Both the position numbers and the translations under genes were made by a program. Source: a virus (taxonomy: Duplodnaviria > Caudoviricetes). From it: a stretch of 64,000 nucleotides of DNA. The notes beneath the pieces were generated by a model. The model saw nothing but the letters and a program-made list of their open reading frames with translations. It made no database searches and was not told the DNA's origin. The stretch lies in the IMG/VR virus record IMGVR_UViG_3300042366_000756, positions 1 to 64,000 of that record. One strand, 5' to 3'. Below, in pieces: positions 24,675 to 34,805 of this stretch. How positions within the stretch are numbered: position 1 is the first letter of the stretch; each line of letters begins with the position of its first letter.

Positions 24675-25154
24675 ATGGCTGTAGAAAACATAGGAAACTT
24701 AGTTCCAACAAAGATTCCAGCATTAATTGATGATGCTAATATTCAGGATGCACTTAAAGCATATCACTATGGATCATACACTTTTGATACAGCAGAAAAC
24801 AATCCAGAAAATCTACTAAATCCATCTATTGCTTATACTGTTAATGATTTACAAAACCAGATAGATGATCAGGTTGCATTAGAATTAGCAGCAAGAGATA
24901 GTTCAAGAGTAACTACAACTGCTCCTACCTCCGCAGCATTTACAGCATTTTCTGACACAATTCCAGATGGATACATTTGGGTAGACAAAGATGCTCCTGC
25001 TCAGGTTGGTTATATTTCTGCAACATCTGTTTATACAACAACAGAACCAACAACTGGATTAGCAAATGGAGTTATCTGGATTAAAAAAGGTTCAAGCCCA
25101 CTTGAAATGTATGTTTATAATAGCGACACTAGCACTTTTGATCAGGTGATCTAA
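24675..25154 (+). CDS. Virion structural protein
   Basis: ORF track; AP...G.IW.D motifs of fibre-type proteins. Confidence 0.6.
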   Translation: MAVENIGNLVPTKIPALIDDANIQDALKAYHYGSYTFDTAENNPENLLNPSIAYTVNDLQNQIDDQVALELAARDSSRVTTTAPTSAAFTAFSDTIPDGYIWVDKDAPAQVGYISATSVYTTTEPTTGLANGVIWIKKGSSPLEMYVYNSDTSTFDQVI

Positions 25155-25522
25155 TGCCAACAACTTTTGATGAAGATGGAAAGCCAGGGTATATCTATAA
25201 CGTAGCAGATGATAAATGGTATGCCATTTCTGGTAAAACTGACACATCTGGAACTTTTGAATGGTCTGGAACACATAATCACCTTTCATCATTTACAACA
25301 TCAGACATTTTTATTGCAAAAAAAGGTATAAATAATTATCTCAACCCAGCAGCAAGAAATTCAGCAATTCCATCACCTACTTCAGGAACGCTTGCATTTG
25401 TCCGTCAAGATGCCAGTGGCAATACAATAAATCAACTTCAATATTACAGCGGATCTGCTTGGGTACAAGTAGCAGCCGACTCAGATCCAACCCCAAACAT
25501 ATTTATGCTTATGGGTTGTTAG
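25154..25522 (+). CDS. Virion structural protein
   Basis: ORF track; RNSAIPSPT.G.LAF...LQYYSGSAW. Confidence 0.6.
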   Translation: MPTTFDEDGKPGYIYNVADDKWYAISGKTDTSGTFEWSGTHNHLSSFTTSDIFIAKKGINNYLNPAARNSAIPSPTSGTLAFVRQDASGNTINQLQYYSGSAWVQVAADSDPTPNIFMLMGC

Positions 25523-25551
25523 TGTGATAGAATAAGTATTAAGGAGGAAAA

Positions 25552-25884
25552 ATGCCAACAACATATAAAGTACTAGGTCAGTCAGGACCTTCTGCAACAA
25601 CAGAGACAACTCTTTATACTGTTCCATCTTCTACGCAATCGGTAGTTTCAAGTATTGCAATTTGTAATCAGGCTGCAACATCTGCTACCTTTAGAATTGC
25701 AGTAAGGCCTTCTGCAGATGCTACAACTGCTGCCAAACATTATTTAGTTTACGGAACAACTATTGCTGCAAACGATACTATTGTTTTAACTATGGGAATA
25801 ACCCTTGCTGCTTCAGACAAAGTATTAGTTTATGCCTCAACTTCAAATATGTCTTTTGCGGCATATGGATCTGAACTTGTTTAA
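25552..25884 (+). CDS. Small beta-sandwich virion protein
   Basis: TTLYTVP....VVSSI.ICN pattern. Confidence 0.65.
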   Translation: MPTTYKVLGQSGPSATTETTLYTVPSSTQSVVSSIAICNQAATSATFRIAVRPSADATTAAKHYLVYGTTIAANDTIVLTMGITLAASDKVLVYASTSNMSFAAYGSELV

Positions 25885-25889
25885 GAATA

Positions 25890-26975
25890 ATGACAATTTC
25901 AAAGGCATCTCTACAATCATTAACATCAAAAAAGTTACAATATACCACACCAATTAATGATATTCCAGATGGTGCAATTCCAACTGCAACTGATGTCGGA
26001 ACATCTCGTCCTTTTAATAATGGATCTGCAACAATTACTTTGGCTGCACCCACAACAGGTGGACCAGCAACAAGTTATACTGTAACATCAAGTCCAGGAT
26101 CATTCACTGCTACTGGATCTTCTCCATTAACGGTTACAGGGCTACAATCTAATACATCTTATACTTTTACATCGGTAGGAAATAGTGCATTGGGAAGTTC
26201 TTATTTACCAAGCATAGCCTCAAACTCAATTACAGCAACTACTGTTCCAGATGCACCAGTTATTGGTGTAGCAACTAAGATTAGCAATACTGTAGCAAGT
26301 TTAACTTTTACACCGCCAGAAAGTGGTGGAAGTAATATTACAGGGTACACAATAACCTCTTCTCCATCTATTTCAATAACTACTAGTGCTGGAACAACTA
26401 GCCCATTAACAGCGACTGGATCATTTTTGGGTGGACAGTCTTATACTTTTACTATTGTTGCAACTAATGCTAATGGAAATAGTTTATCTAGTTCTGCAAG
26501 TCCTGGAGTAGTTGTTACAGAAACTTCCGTTCCAGCAAAACCAGCAGCACCAACCGTAACAACTGCAGCAGATGCTGATACCGTTACCTGGGTTGCTCCA
26601 GCAAATGGTGGAAGTACAATTACTGGATACACTTGGGCATCATCTGATGGCAAAACTGCAACAGTTAGTGGAACAACGCTATCAGTTGTAGTTGCTCAAG
26701 AAGGAAATACATCACAAACATATACTGTTTATGCTACAAATGCAATTGGAAACTCTTCAATATCAGATCCATCAAATAGTGTTACTACCCCGCCGTTTTT
26801 CCCATCATTTGGTCCATTCTTCCCACCGTTCTTCCCATTCTTTCCACCGTTCTTCCCGTTCTTCCCACCGTTCTTCCCATTCTTTCCACCGTTCTTCCCG
26901 TTCTTCCCACCGTTCTTCCCGTTCTTCCCATTCTTCCCAAGATTCGTTCCGCCAAGTTTTGGTCCTCTGGGCTAA
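25890..26975 (+). CDS. Fibronectin type III-like repeat protein with C-terminal Pro/Phe repeat tail, paralog 1
   Basis: Three FN3-like units (P.AP...FT.P..GGS.ITGY...YTFT.VA.NA.G), then about 50 aa almost solely P/F ending PRFVPPSF. Confidence 0.8.
   Translation: MTISKASLQSLTSKKLQYTTPINDIPDGAIPTATDVGTSRPFNNGSATITLAAPTTGGPATSYTVTSSPGSFTATGSSPLTVTGLQSNTSYTFTSVGNSALGSSYLPSIASNSITATTVPDAPVIGVATKISNTVASLTFTPPESGGSNITGYTITSSPSISITTSAGTTSPLTATGSFLGGQSYTFTIVATNANGNSLSSSASPGVVVTETSVPAKPAAPTVTTAADADTVTWVAPANGGSTITGYTWASSDGKTATVSGTTLSVVVAQEGNTSQTYTVYATNAIGNSSISDPSNSVTTPPFFPSFGPFFPPFFPFFPPFFPFFPPFFPFFPPFFPFFPPFFPFFPFFPRFVPPSFGPLG
26790..26972 (+). repeat. Coding Pro/Phe repeat (PPFFPFF)n
   Basis: 21-nt units with synonymous codon variation. 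Confidence 0.9.
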
Positions 26976-26985
26976 TAAATGATAT

Positions 26986-27024
26986 AAAAAAACCCCCAAG
27001 GAAAAAATCCAAGGGGGTAATTTT
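26986..27024. terminator. Bidirectional terminator between convergent genes
   Basis: A tract, ACCCCC...GGGGGT stem, T tract. Confidence 0.7.
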
Positions 27025-27032
27025 ATTAACTG

Positions 27033-27578
27033 CTACTTACATGGATACTTGTTATACCATTCCTGATACCGTGATCCATTTAGAGTAGTCCATGAGGACC
27101 AGTCTGTACCGCCTTTAGTCATATGATGTGTTATTTGTGCGTTTTTAACTGGATTAAATAGTTCAGAGTTTGACTCTAAATCAAACTTCTCTCTACGATC
27201 TGGACCTAAGTTCCCTATCATGTTTATTTGAAACATGCCATAAGAACTATCTCCAGTATTAGAATTACCGTTAAAGGCATGTGGTCTAGCATTAGTCTCA
27301 GCCATAGCAATTGCACAAGCAGATCTTAAAGCCTTTCCTTCAAACCCTACAGCCTTTAATAATTCAATTAACTGCCCATCACTTAAATTATGAGCATTTT
27401 TATACTTTTCTAATATTTTTTCTTTAGAAACCAAAAAAGCCACCTTGGGGGTGGCAGAGGAATCTATAGAACTTTTAATTAGTAAGTTGTTTTCATTTGT
27501 TGCATTTGCGGTAGCCGAAAAAACGGTACTGCAAATAACCAACGTTAATACCCCTAGCCAAACATTTGCTTCTCTCAT
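27033..27578 (-). CDS. Secreted lysozyme-like/lytic transglycosylase
   Basis: Signal peptide (..ATANA), AIAMAE catalytic Glu, SYGMFQIN, W.SW; AGGAGG SD before ATG 27578. Confidence 0.8.
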   Translation of the reverse strand: MREANVWLGVLTLVICSTVFSATANATNENNLLIKSSIDSSATPKVAFLVSKEKILEKYKNAHNLSDGQLIELLKAVGFEGKALRSACAIAMAETNARPHAFNGNSNTGDSSYGMFQINMIGNLGPDRREKFDLESNSELFNPVKNAQITHHMTKGGTDWSSWTTLNGSRYQEWYNKYPCK

Positions 27579-27722
27579 TGTAGAATACCTCCTAGAGAAC
27601 AAATGCTACCTACTGGTAGCATGTATTAATTATAACATCAATTTGCCCTTTTGGTCAAGTTAAACAATAAAATATAAAAATATTTAAAATATTACTTTAG
27701 TTAGTGGTATAATAATAAGATT

Positions 27723-28136
27723 ATGGCTACTTTTAGAGATCAAGGTTTAGGCTCTTATTCAATTGGTTCTGCACCTCCTACGGTCAACTGGACGATTGTA
27801 AAGGGCGACACATCAGCATTTCGGGTATATGTAACAGATGATAATAAAGATCCCCTAGTGATTGAAGACTGGACAATTGAAATGGAAATTAAAAGACCAG
27901 CAATTGCGGGTAATTTAAATGATGCTGATCCAGCAGGAGTTTTGATTCTTACTCCTATTGCCACAGCAGAAGATGGCGATGGAGAATTTACAGTTTCTCT
28001 AACATCTGCTCAATCAAAAAGTTTAAACACTGGAGATATTTTTGATATTGAATTAAGGGATGCCAGCAGGGTATGGACAGTTGCTCGTGGTATATTAACA
28101 GTTATTGAAGATGTTACAAACAGCGATGAGTCATAA
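27723..28136 (+). CDS. Virion accessory protein (BppU-N/Ig-like), paralog 3
   Basis: WTIVKGD..F.V...D......W...FDIEL...WTV..G.LTVIEDVT. Confidence 0.65.
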   Translation: MATFRDQGLGSYSIGSAPPTVNWTIVKGDTSAFRVYVTDDNKDPLVIEDWTIEMEIKRPAIAGNLNDADPAGVLILTPIATAEDGDGEFTVSLTSAQSKSLNTGDIFDIELRDASRVWTVARGILTVIEDVTNSDES

Positions 28137-28357
28137 TGGCTTCCGTAGCAATAATAGATTTATCTGAAAAAAGATCAGAAACAATTTCTAGGATAGGTTA
28201 TCCTAAAAGTAATATAAGTGGTTTTGTAAGGCTTACAAAGATACAAGAAGTTTTGCCTTTTAGAGTTATGTTTACAAATATTGGAATACCAGCAGCATAC
28301 TCAGGTGTACCTGGAATTGGACTTCAAATAATTGGAATTAATAACTATATTCTTTAA
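28136..28357 (+). CDS. Hypothetical virion-region protein
   Basis: ORF track; coupled. Confidence 0.6.
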   Translation: MASVAIIDLSEKRSETISRIGYPKSNISGFVRLTKIQEVLPFRVMFTNIGIPAAYSGVPGIGLQIIGINNYIL

Positions 28358-28377
28358 CATAATGATATAATAACCTT

Positions 28378-28824
28378 ATGGCAAAGATATCAACCACCAA
28401 CGTAAAGGCCCTGTTTCAGACAGGCGATAGACCAACAGAAGAAAACTATATAGATTTAATTGATAGTACTTCTGCTAGGTCTACCGATCTTGGATCAGAC
28501 GGCAATAATGAGTTAACAATTAATGGAATTGAAAACTCAACAGTATTTGATAGTTTTGCATCAAGCGAGTTTAGATCAATGAAATATATGATCTCACTCA
28601 AGCATGTAGCAGGCGGTGCAAATAAGTACGCTGTTACAGAATTAACAATATTGAATGATGGATCAGATGTATCTGTTAGTCAATATGGCACTATTGAAAA
28701 TGATGGGAATATTGGCACCATCTCTGTTTCAAAGGCTGGGGACACAGTTTCACTAACTGTGGTTCCTGTGGGGGGAAATACACCTATAACTCTGCGCTAC
28801 ATGCGTATGGGATTAAAGGCCTAA
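28378..28824 (+). CDS. Tail-fibre-associated protein
   Basis: LFQTGDRPTEENY.DLIDS; C-terminus resembles the C-terminus of 28840..30963. Confidence 0.65.
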   Translation: MAKISTTNVKALFQTGDRPTEENYIDLIDSTSARSTDLGSDGNNELTINGIENSTVFDSFASSEFRSMKYMISLKHVAGGANKYAVTELTILNDGSDVSVSQYGTIENDGNIGTISVSKAGDTVSLTVVPVGGNTPITLRYMRMGLKA

Positions 28825-28839
28825 CTAAGGAGATAAAAG

Positions 28840-30963
28840 ATGGCAACAGTAACAAAAGACTTTAGAGTAAAATCGGGACTGATAGTTGAGGGATCAACTG
28901 CGACCGTTAATGGAAAGAACATAATCACAGCAGGCACAATTGATGCTAAAGGTGATTTATTAGTAGGTAGTGCAGACGATGCAGTAGCACGTCTTGGCAT
29001 TGGAACAGATGGGCAAGTCCTTACAGCAGCGTCAGGAGCAACATATGGCGTTCAATGGTCAAACCCTGCAGCAGTTGGTGTATTTGATACATCAATTACC
29101 TTTGAAGGCGCAACAGCAGATGACTACGAGACAACTCTTACAGTTGCAGACCCAACAGCAGATCGTACAATTACACTCCCTAACGTATCAGGTACCGTAG
29201 TTACATCTGGTGATACTGGTACAGTTACAGCAACAATGCTTGCTTCAGATTCAGTAACTACCGTAAAAATTACAGACGCAAACGTAACTGCAGCAAAACT
29301 TGCTACAGACTCTGTAGAGACAGCAAAGATTAAAGATGCAAATGTAACTGCTGCTAAACTTGCTGCAGATTCTGTAGAAACAGCAAAGATTGTTGACTCT
29401 AACGTAACAGCAGCAAAATTGGCTGCAGATTCAGTTACAACTGCAAAGATTCTTGATGCAAACGTAACAGATGCAAAACTTGCTTCAAACTCAGTTACAA
29501 ACGCTAAAATTGCAGATTCAGCAGTTGATACAGCAGAGATTGCTAATAGCGCAGTAACTGCAGCAAAACTTGCTACAGATTCTGTAGAGACAGCAAAGAT
29601 TAAAGATTCAAATGTAACTGCTGTTAAACTTGCTACAGACTCTGTAGAGACAGCAAAAATTAAAGATCTTAACGTAACAGAAGCAAAAATTGCAGAAGGT
29701 GCAGTAACTTCAGCAAAGATTGCTAACGATACAATTGTAGATGCAGACATTAATTCTGCTGCTGCAATCGCTCAGTCTAAGATTGCAAATCTTACAACAG
29801 ATCTTGCTGCTAAGTTAGCACTTGCTGGTGGCACAATGACTGGTGCAATTGCAATGGGTACAAACAAGATCACAGGTCTTGGTACACCAACTGATGGAAC
29901 AGATGCAGCAACAAAGAATTATGTAGACTCAGCAGCACAGGGTATTGATTGGAAAGCATCAGTACGTGCAGCAACAACTGCAGCAGTAACACTCGCATCT
30001 GATCTAGAAAATGGAGATACTCTTGACGGAGTAACCCTTGCTACAGGTGACCGTGTTCTTGTTAAGAATCAGTCAACTGGTTCAGAAAATGGTATCTATG
30101 TAGTTAAGGCATCTGGTGCTCCAGATCGTTCAACTGATGCAGATGCAGGCTCTGAACTTACTTCAAATTTTGCGGTATTCGTAGAAGAAGGAACTGTAAA
30201 CGCTGATCAAGGTTATACATTAACTAACAATGGCTCAATTACAATTGGTACCACAGCACTTACTTTTACTCAGTTTACTGGTTTGGGACAAATTATTGCG
30301 GGTACAGGATTAGACAAGACTGGAAACACTCTTGACATTGATTCAACTGTAACAACAAACGATGGAACTCAGACACTTACAAACAAGTCAATTAGTGGTT
30401 CAGCAAACACTATTACAAATGTTTCCCTAACTTCTAGCGTTACAGGAACACTTCCTGTTGCTAACGGTGGTACTGGAATCACATCACTTGGAGCAGGAAT
30501 TGCAACATTCCTTGAAACTCCATCTTCTGCAAACCTTGCATCAGCATTAACCGATGAAGCAGGCTCTGGAACAGTAGCATTTACTAATAGTCCAACCTTT
30601 ACTACACCAACCCTTGGTGCAGCAGCAGCGACAAGTATTGCTCTTCCAGATGCTCTTATGGGTTCTGCTCTTGCTACCGCTTCAGACTCAGCAACAACAA
30701 TTGATACATGGTCAGCAACAACATACTCAAGTGCTAAATATATCGTACAAATGAAAAAAGGTAATGATATTGAAGTGATTGAAGTTTTGGTTACTGTAGA
30801 TGGATTAAACAACGTTTACCTAACAGAGTATGCAGATGTAATCAGTAATGCAGTATTAGGAACAACTGACGCTGTGTACAGCGGTGGAAACGTTCTTCTT
30901 CAGGTAACTGGTGCATCAGCAGATACCGCTGTTAAAGTACACAAAATTTATATTGAAGCATAA
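28840..30963 (+). CDS. Tail fibre protein with 10-aa VT.AK(I/L)A..S repeats
   Basis: About 17 decapeptide repeats at ~29250-29760; TDAATKNYVD and VLVKNQS..ENGIYVV fibre modules. Confidence 0.8.
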   Translation: MATVTKDFRVKSGLIVEGSTATVNGKNIITAGTIDAKGDLLVGSADDAVARLGIGTDGQVLTAASGATYGVQWSNPAAVGVFDTSITFEGATADDYETTLTVADPTADRTITLPNVSGTVVTSGDTGTVTATMLASDSVTTVKITDANVTAAKLATDSVETAKIKDANVTAAKLAADSVETAKIVDSNVTAAKLAADSVTTAKILDANVTDAKLASNSVTNAKIADSAVDTAEIANSAVTAAKLATDSVETAKIKDSNVTAVKLATDSVETAKIKDLNVTEAKIAEGAVTSAKIANDTIVDADINSAAAIAQSKIANLTTDLAAKLALAGGTMTGAIAMGTNKITGLGTPTDGTDAATKNYVDSAAQGIDWKASVRAATTAAVTLASDLENGDTLDGVTLATGDRVLVKNQSTGSENGIYVVKASGAPDRSTDADAGSELTSNFAVFVEEGTVNADQGYTLTNNGSITIGTTALTFTQFTGLGQIIAGTGLDKTGNTLDIDSTVTTNDGTQTLTNKSISGSANTITNVSLTSSVTGTLPVANGGTGITSLGAGIATFLETPSSANLASALTDEAGSGTVAFTNSPTFTTPTLGAAAATSIALPDALMGSALATASDSATTIDTWSATTYSSAKYIVQMKKGNDIEVIEVLVTVDGLNNVYLTEYADVISNAVLGTTDAVYSGGNVLLQVTGASADTAVKVHKIYIEA

Positions 30964-30981
30964 CTAGAATAGAGGTTAGAA

Positions 30982-31431
30982 GTGGCAACAATAAACAAAG
31001 ACTTTAGAGTAAAGCATGGCATTAACGTTGCCGAAGGCGGTACTTTTGGAGGAACTGTTACAGTTGCCACTCCTACTGAAAACACACATGCAACAACAAA
31101 GTCCTATGTAGATTCAATAGCAGGAATGGTTGTTGGTGCTACAGCACCTACTTCTCCAACTAATGGAAGACTATGGTTTGATACATTAACAGAACGTGTG
31201 CATGTTTATTATGATTCTGAGTGGCTTGCAATTGCAACACTTGAAGATGCAGAAATATTACAAGACCATATTCACGATACCGCTATTGATGGCACTGGTT
31301 TAATCGTCAGTACTTTTGTTAGTGGTGGGGCATATAATGAACCAGGAGTTCTTGTAAGTGCAGGATTGTACAACACGTCAGAGTTTGAAGAAACTTTTGA
31401 TGGTGGGACAGCAATAGATAATTTTAACTAA
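30982..31431 (+). CDS. Tail-fibre-associated protein
   Basis: GTG start; MAT.NKDFRVK N-terminus shared with 28840; GATAPTSP.NG.LWFD. Confidence 0.65.
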   Translation: MATINKDFRVKHGINVAEGGTFGGTVTVATPTENTHATTKSYVDSIAGMVVGATAPTSPTNGRLWFDTLTERVHVYYDSEWLAIATLEDAEILQDHIHDTAIDGTGLIVSTFVSGGAYNEPGVLVSAGLYNTSEFEETFDGGTAIDNFN

Positions 31432-31469
31432 TTATCTGTTATAATATAACTAAGTATAAGGAGTCGTAA

Positions 31470-33905
31470 ATGGCAACTAGAATGCAACAGCGCAGAGGAA
31501 CTGCTTCACAGTGGACTTCTGCAAATCCAGTATTAAATGCGGGTGAAATGGGATGGGAATCAGATACAAATAAATTTAAGATGGGTGATGGAACAAATCA
31601 CTGGGCAGATCTTGATTATTTTATTGATGCCAACTCAACAGTAAACCCTTCTTTTGGTACTAGCATTGTTTTTGAGGGTGCAACAGCAGACTCCTATGAA
31701 ACTACACTACAAGTAACAGACCCAACCGCAGACCGAACAATTACTCTTCCAAACGTTACAGGTACAGTTATTACAACTGGCAACCTTTCAGACATTACTA
31801 ACATTGGAGTATTTACTTCAACAATTACAATGGAAGGCGCTACTGCAAATGATCACGAACTTACAATTTCTGCAGGTGATCCAACCGCAGATCGTACAGC
31901 AACTTTTCCAGATGCCACAGGCACTATTGTTCTTCATGATGCAAGTCAAACATTAACTAATAAAACTATTTCTTTTTCAAATAACGCAGTTTCAGGAACG
32001 CTTGCTGAGTTTAATACTGCTGTAGCAGATGCAGATCTTGTTTCTATTTCTGGTGCAGAAACACTTACAAACAAAACTCTTACAAGTCCAGTAGTTTCAC
32101 AACTTATACTTTCAGATTCTTCAATTGTTTTTGAAGGTTCTACTGCTAATGACTATGAAACTACACTTACAGTAGTAGATCCAACTGAAGACAGGACAAT
32201 TACTCTCCCAAATGAAACAGGAACTGTAATTACAACTGGTAACTTTGCAGCAATTACATCCTTAACTAACCCATCAATTTCAAATCCAACGATTTCAGGT
32301 CTTATTATTTCCGACTCTTCAATAGTTCTTGAAGGCGCAACGGCAAATGATTTTGAAACAACTTTGAATATAACAGATCCAACTGCCGACAGGACAATTA
32401 CTTTTCCTGACATAAGTGGTAATGTTATTACAAGTGGAAACTTATCAGATATTACTAGCCTTGGAGTTTTAAGTTCAATTGTTTTTGAAGGTTCTACTGC
32501 TGATGATTTTGAACTTACTCTTGCAGGTGGCGAACCAACTGCTGACCGCACAGTTTCCTTCCCTGATGCAGGAGGAGTAGTTGTTGTTGACACTGCTACA
32601 CAAACCCTTACAAATAAAACTTTAACAAGTCCACAAGTAAGTGGTTTAACTATTACAGATGGAAGCATTGTTCTTGAAGGTTCTACACCAAATGATTTTG
32701 AAACCACATTAACTGTTACAGATCCAACTGCTGACAGAACGATTTCATTCCCTGACGTAACTGGTACAGTTGTAACAACTGGTGATACTGGTAGCGTAAC
32801 TAGCACAATGATTTTAGACGGAACTATTGTTGATGGAGATATTAATGCATCAGCAGCGATTGCACAATCTAAAATTTCTGGCCTAACAACTGATCTTGGA
32901 AATAAACAAGATAAGATTTCTGGTGTATCAGATACAGAAATTGGATACTTAAGTGCTGTAACTTCAGACATTCAGGCACAACTAGATGCTAAGTTAGCCC
33001 TTGCTGGTGGAACCATGACTGGCGCTATTGCAATGGGCACAAGCAAAATTACTGGCCTTGGAACACCAACTGATGCAGCAGATGCAGCAACAAAGGCTTA
33101 TGTAGATGCTCTTGGAGAAGGACTTCATATCCATGCTTCAGTAGTGGCTGCAACAACTGCAAACATTACTCTTGCTACAGATGTTGAAAACGGAGACACT
33201 CTTGACGGAGTAACTCTTGCAACTGGTAACAGAATTCTTGTTAAGAATCAATCAACTGCATCTCAAAACGGTATTTACGTAGTAGCAGCATCAGGAGCAC
33301 CATCTAGAGCAGCAGACTTTGACTCCCCTGCTGAAATTGATGGAGGAGACTTTGTATTCGTAACTGGAGGAACAGTAAATGATAACAAAGGCTATGTACA
33401 GATAAACACTGTTGGAACAATAGGCACAGATGCAATTGAATTTAGCCAATTCTCAGGTGCAGGAACTTTTACTGCTGGTAACGGATTAACATTAACTGGC
33501 CCAGAGTTTACTATTAATACTAGCATTACAGCAGATCTTTCAACAGCCCAAACCCTCACAAATAAAACATTAACATCACCTAAAATTAATTTAGGAATTA
33601 ATGCTCAAACTGGCACAAATTATACATTTGTTTTAGCCGATGATGGTAAGTTTGTAACCGCATCTAATTCTTCAGCAATTACAGTTACTATCCCGCCAAT
33701 AAGTTCAGTTGCATATCCAATTGGAGCGCAACTTAATATTATTCAAAAGGGTGCAGGACAAGTTACATTTGCTCAAGGTGCTGGAGTAACAATTAACTCT
33801 ACTGGAGCAACTGCCACTGCGCCAAAACTTCGTGTAAGGTACTCATCAGCAACAGCCGTACATGAAGGCTCGGATATTTGGTACGTAGTAGGAGATATTG
33901 CGTAA
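31470..33905 (+). CDS. Tail fibre protein (Mtd-N-like N-terminus, repeated EGATAD..ETTL..TDPTADRTI.P modules)
   Basis: QRRGTA.QW..ANPVL..GE.G.E.DT.K.K.GDG..W; about 6 internal repeats. Confidence 0.8.
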   Translation: MATRMQQRRGTASQWTSANPVLNAGEMGWESDTNKFKMGDGTNHWADLDYFIDANSTVNPSFGTSIVFEGATADSYETTLQVTDPTADRTITLPNVTGTVITTGNLSDITNIGVFTSTITMEGATANDHELTISAGDPTADRTATFPDATGTIVLHDASQTLTNKTISFSNNAVSGTLAEFNTAVADADLVSISGAETLTNKTLTSPVVSQLILSDSSIVFEGSTANDYETTLTVVDPTEDRTITLPNETGTVITTGNFAAITSLTNPSISNPTISGLIISDSSIVLEGATANDFETTLNITDPTADRTITFPDISGNVITSGNLSDITSLGVLSSIVFEGSTADDFELTLAGGEPTADRTVSFPDAGGVVVVDTATQTLTNKTLTSPQVSGLTITDGSIVLEGSTPNDFETTLTVTDPTADRTISFPDVTGTVVTTGDTGSVTSTMILDGTIVDGDINASAAIAQSKISGLTTDLGNKQDKISGVSDTEIGYLSAVTSDIQAQLDAKLALAGGTMTGAIAMGTSKITGLGTPTDAADAATKAYVDALGEGLHIHASVVAATTANITLATDVENGDTLDGVTLATGNRILVKNQSTASQNGIYVVAASGAPSRAADFDSPAEIDGGDFVFVTGGTVNDNKGYVQINTVGTIGTDAIEFSQFSGAGTFTAGNGLTLTGPEFTINTSITADLSTAQTLTNKTLTSPKINLGINAQTGTNYTFVLADDGKFVTASNSSAITVTIPPISSVAYPIGAQLNIIQKGAGQVTFAQGAGVTINSTGATATAPKLRVRYSSATAVHEGSDIWYVVGDIA

Positions 33906-34717
33906 TGGAAATCCTGGGGACAATTGCTTCTTCTGCTAAAGGGGCTCCAAGTAAGCCAACAAGCGTTTCTGCAACTGATGCAGGATCAGGTCGTGCATTT
34001 AATAATGGATCTGCTACTGTAACCTTTACTGCAGGAGCAGGAGCAACAGCAACATCATTTACTGCTACATCTTCCCCAGGATCATATACAGCAACTGGTT
34101 CTTCATCTCCACTAACTGTTACAGGTTTACAATCTAACACCGCATATACATTTACCGTTACAGCAACAAATGCATCTGGAACTTCCGATGCTTCAGATGC
34201 TTCTGCTTCTATTACGGCAACAACAGTACCAGCAACTATGAGTGCACCAACCGTAACAACTTCAGCACTTTCAGATGCTGTTTCTTGGACAGCCCCCGCA
34301 GATGGAGGTTCTGCAATTACTGGCTATACCTGGGCATCTTCTGACGGAAAAGGCGCTACAGTAGGATCAGGAACAACAAGTGTTGCCGTTACTCAAGAAG
34401 CAAATACTTCACAAACTTATACAGTTTATGCAACTAACGCAAATGGTAACTCAGTAACTTCAAGTGCATCAGGCAGTGTGACTACACCACCGTTCTTCCC
34501 TCCATTTTTTCCATTTTTCCCATTCTTCCCTCCATTCTTTCCACCGTTCTTCCCGTTCTTTCCTCCGTTCTTTCCTCCATTTTTTCCATTCTTCCCATTC
34601 TTCCCGTTCTTCCCACCGTTCTTCCCACCGTTCTTCCCACCGTTCTTCCCATTCTTCCCGTTCTTCCCAAGATTCGTTCCACCTTCTTTTAGATTTACTC
34701 CTGATAATTTATTTTAA
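33905..34717 (+). CDS. Fibronectin type III-like repeat protein with C-terminal Pro/Phe repeat tail, paralog 2
   Basis: ATG 33905 overlaps the upstream TAA; two FN3-like units; about 60 aa of only P/F, then PRFVPPSF. Confidence 0.8.
   Translation: MEILGTIASSAKGAPSKPTSVSATDAGSGRAFNNGSATVTFTAGAGATATSFTATSSPGSYTATGSSSPLTVTGLQSNTAYTFTVTATNASGTSDASDASASITATTVPATMSAPTVTTSALSDAVSWTAPADGGSAITGYTWASSDGKGATVGSGTTSVAVTQEANTSQTYTVYATNANGNSVTSSASGSVTTPPFFPPFFPFFPFFPPFFPPFFPFFPPFFPPFFPFFPFFPFFPPFFPPFFPPFFPFFPFFPRFVPPSFRFTPDNLF
34487..34700 (+). repeat. Coding Pro/Phe repeat (PPFF/PFF)n
   Basis: Mixed CCG/CCT/CCA/CCC and TTC/TTT codons. Confidence 0.9.
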
Positions 34718-34805
34718 ACAAAAAATAAACCAAGATAGGTCTATGATATAATTAATTAGGGTTTAAGGGAATATTAGATATTTTAATATAATAAGGGGGA
34801 AATAA

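Noticed and set aside
26692-27012. Trp/Glu/Arg-rich, GRT-rich and His/Ser-rich ORFs in the track (also 34482..34682)
   Set aside because: They are alternative frames or antisense shadows of the Pro/Phe repeat and have no independent start signals
29124-32971. Long antisense ORFs (29124..29750, 30369..30812, 32153..32971)
   Set aside because: Mirror frames of repetitive Ala/Thr-rich tail fibre genes with biased codon usage
31470-33905. Diversity-generating retroelement suggested by the Mtd-like N-terminus and internal repeats
   Set aside because: No reverse transcriptase and no template/variable repeat pair differing only at adenines in this window
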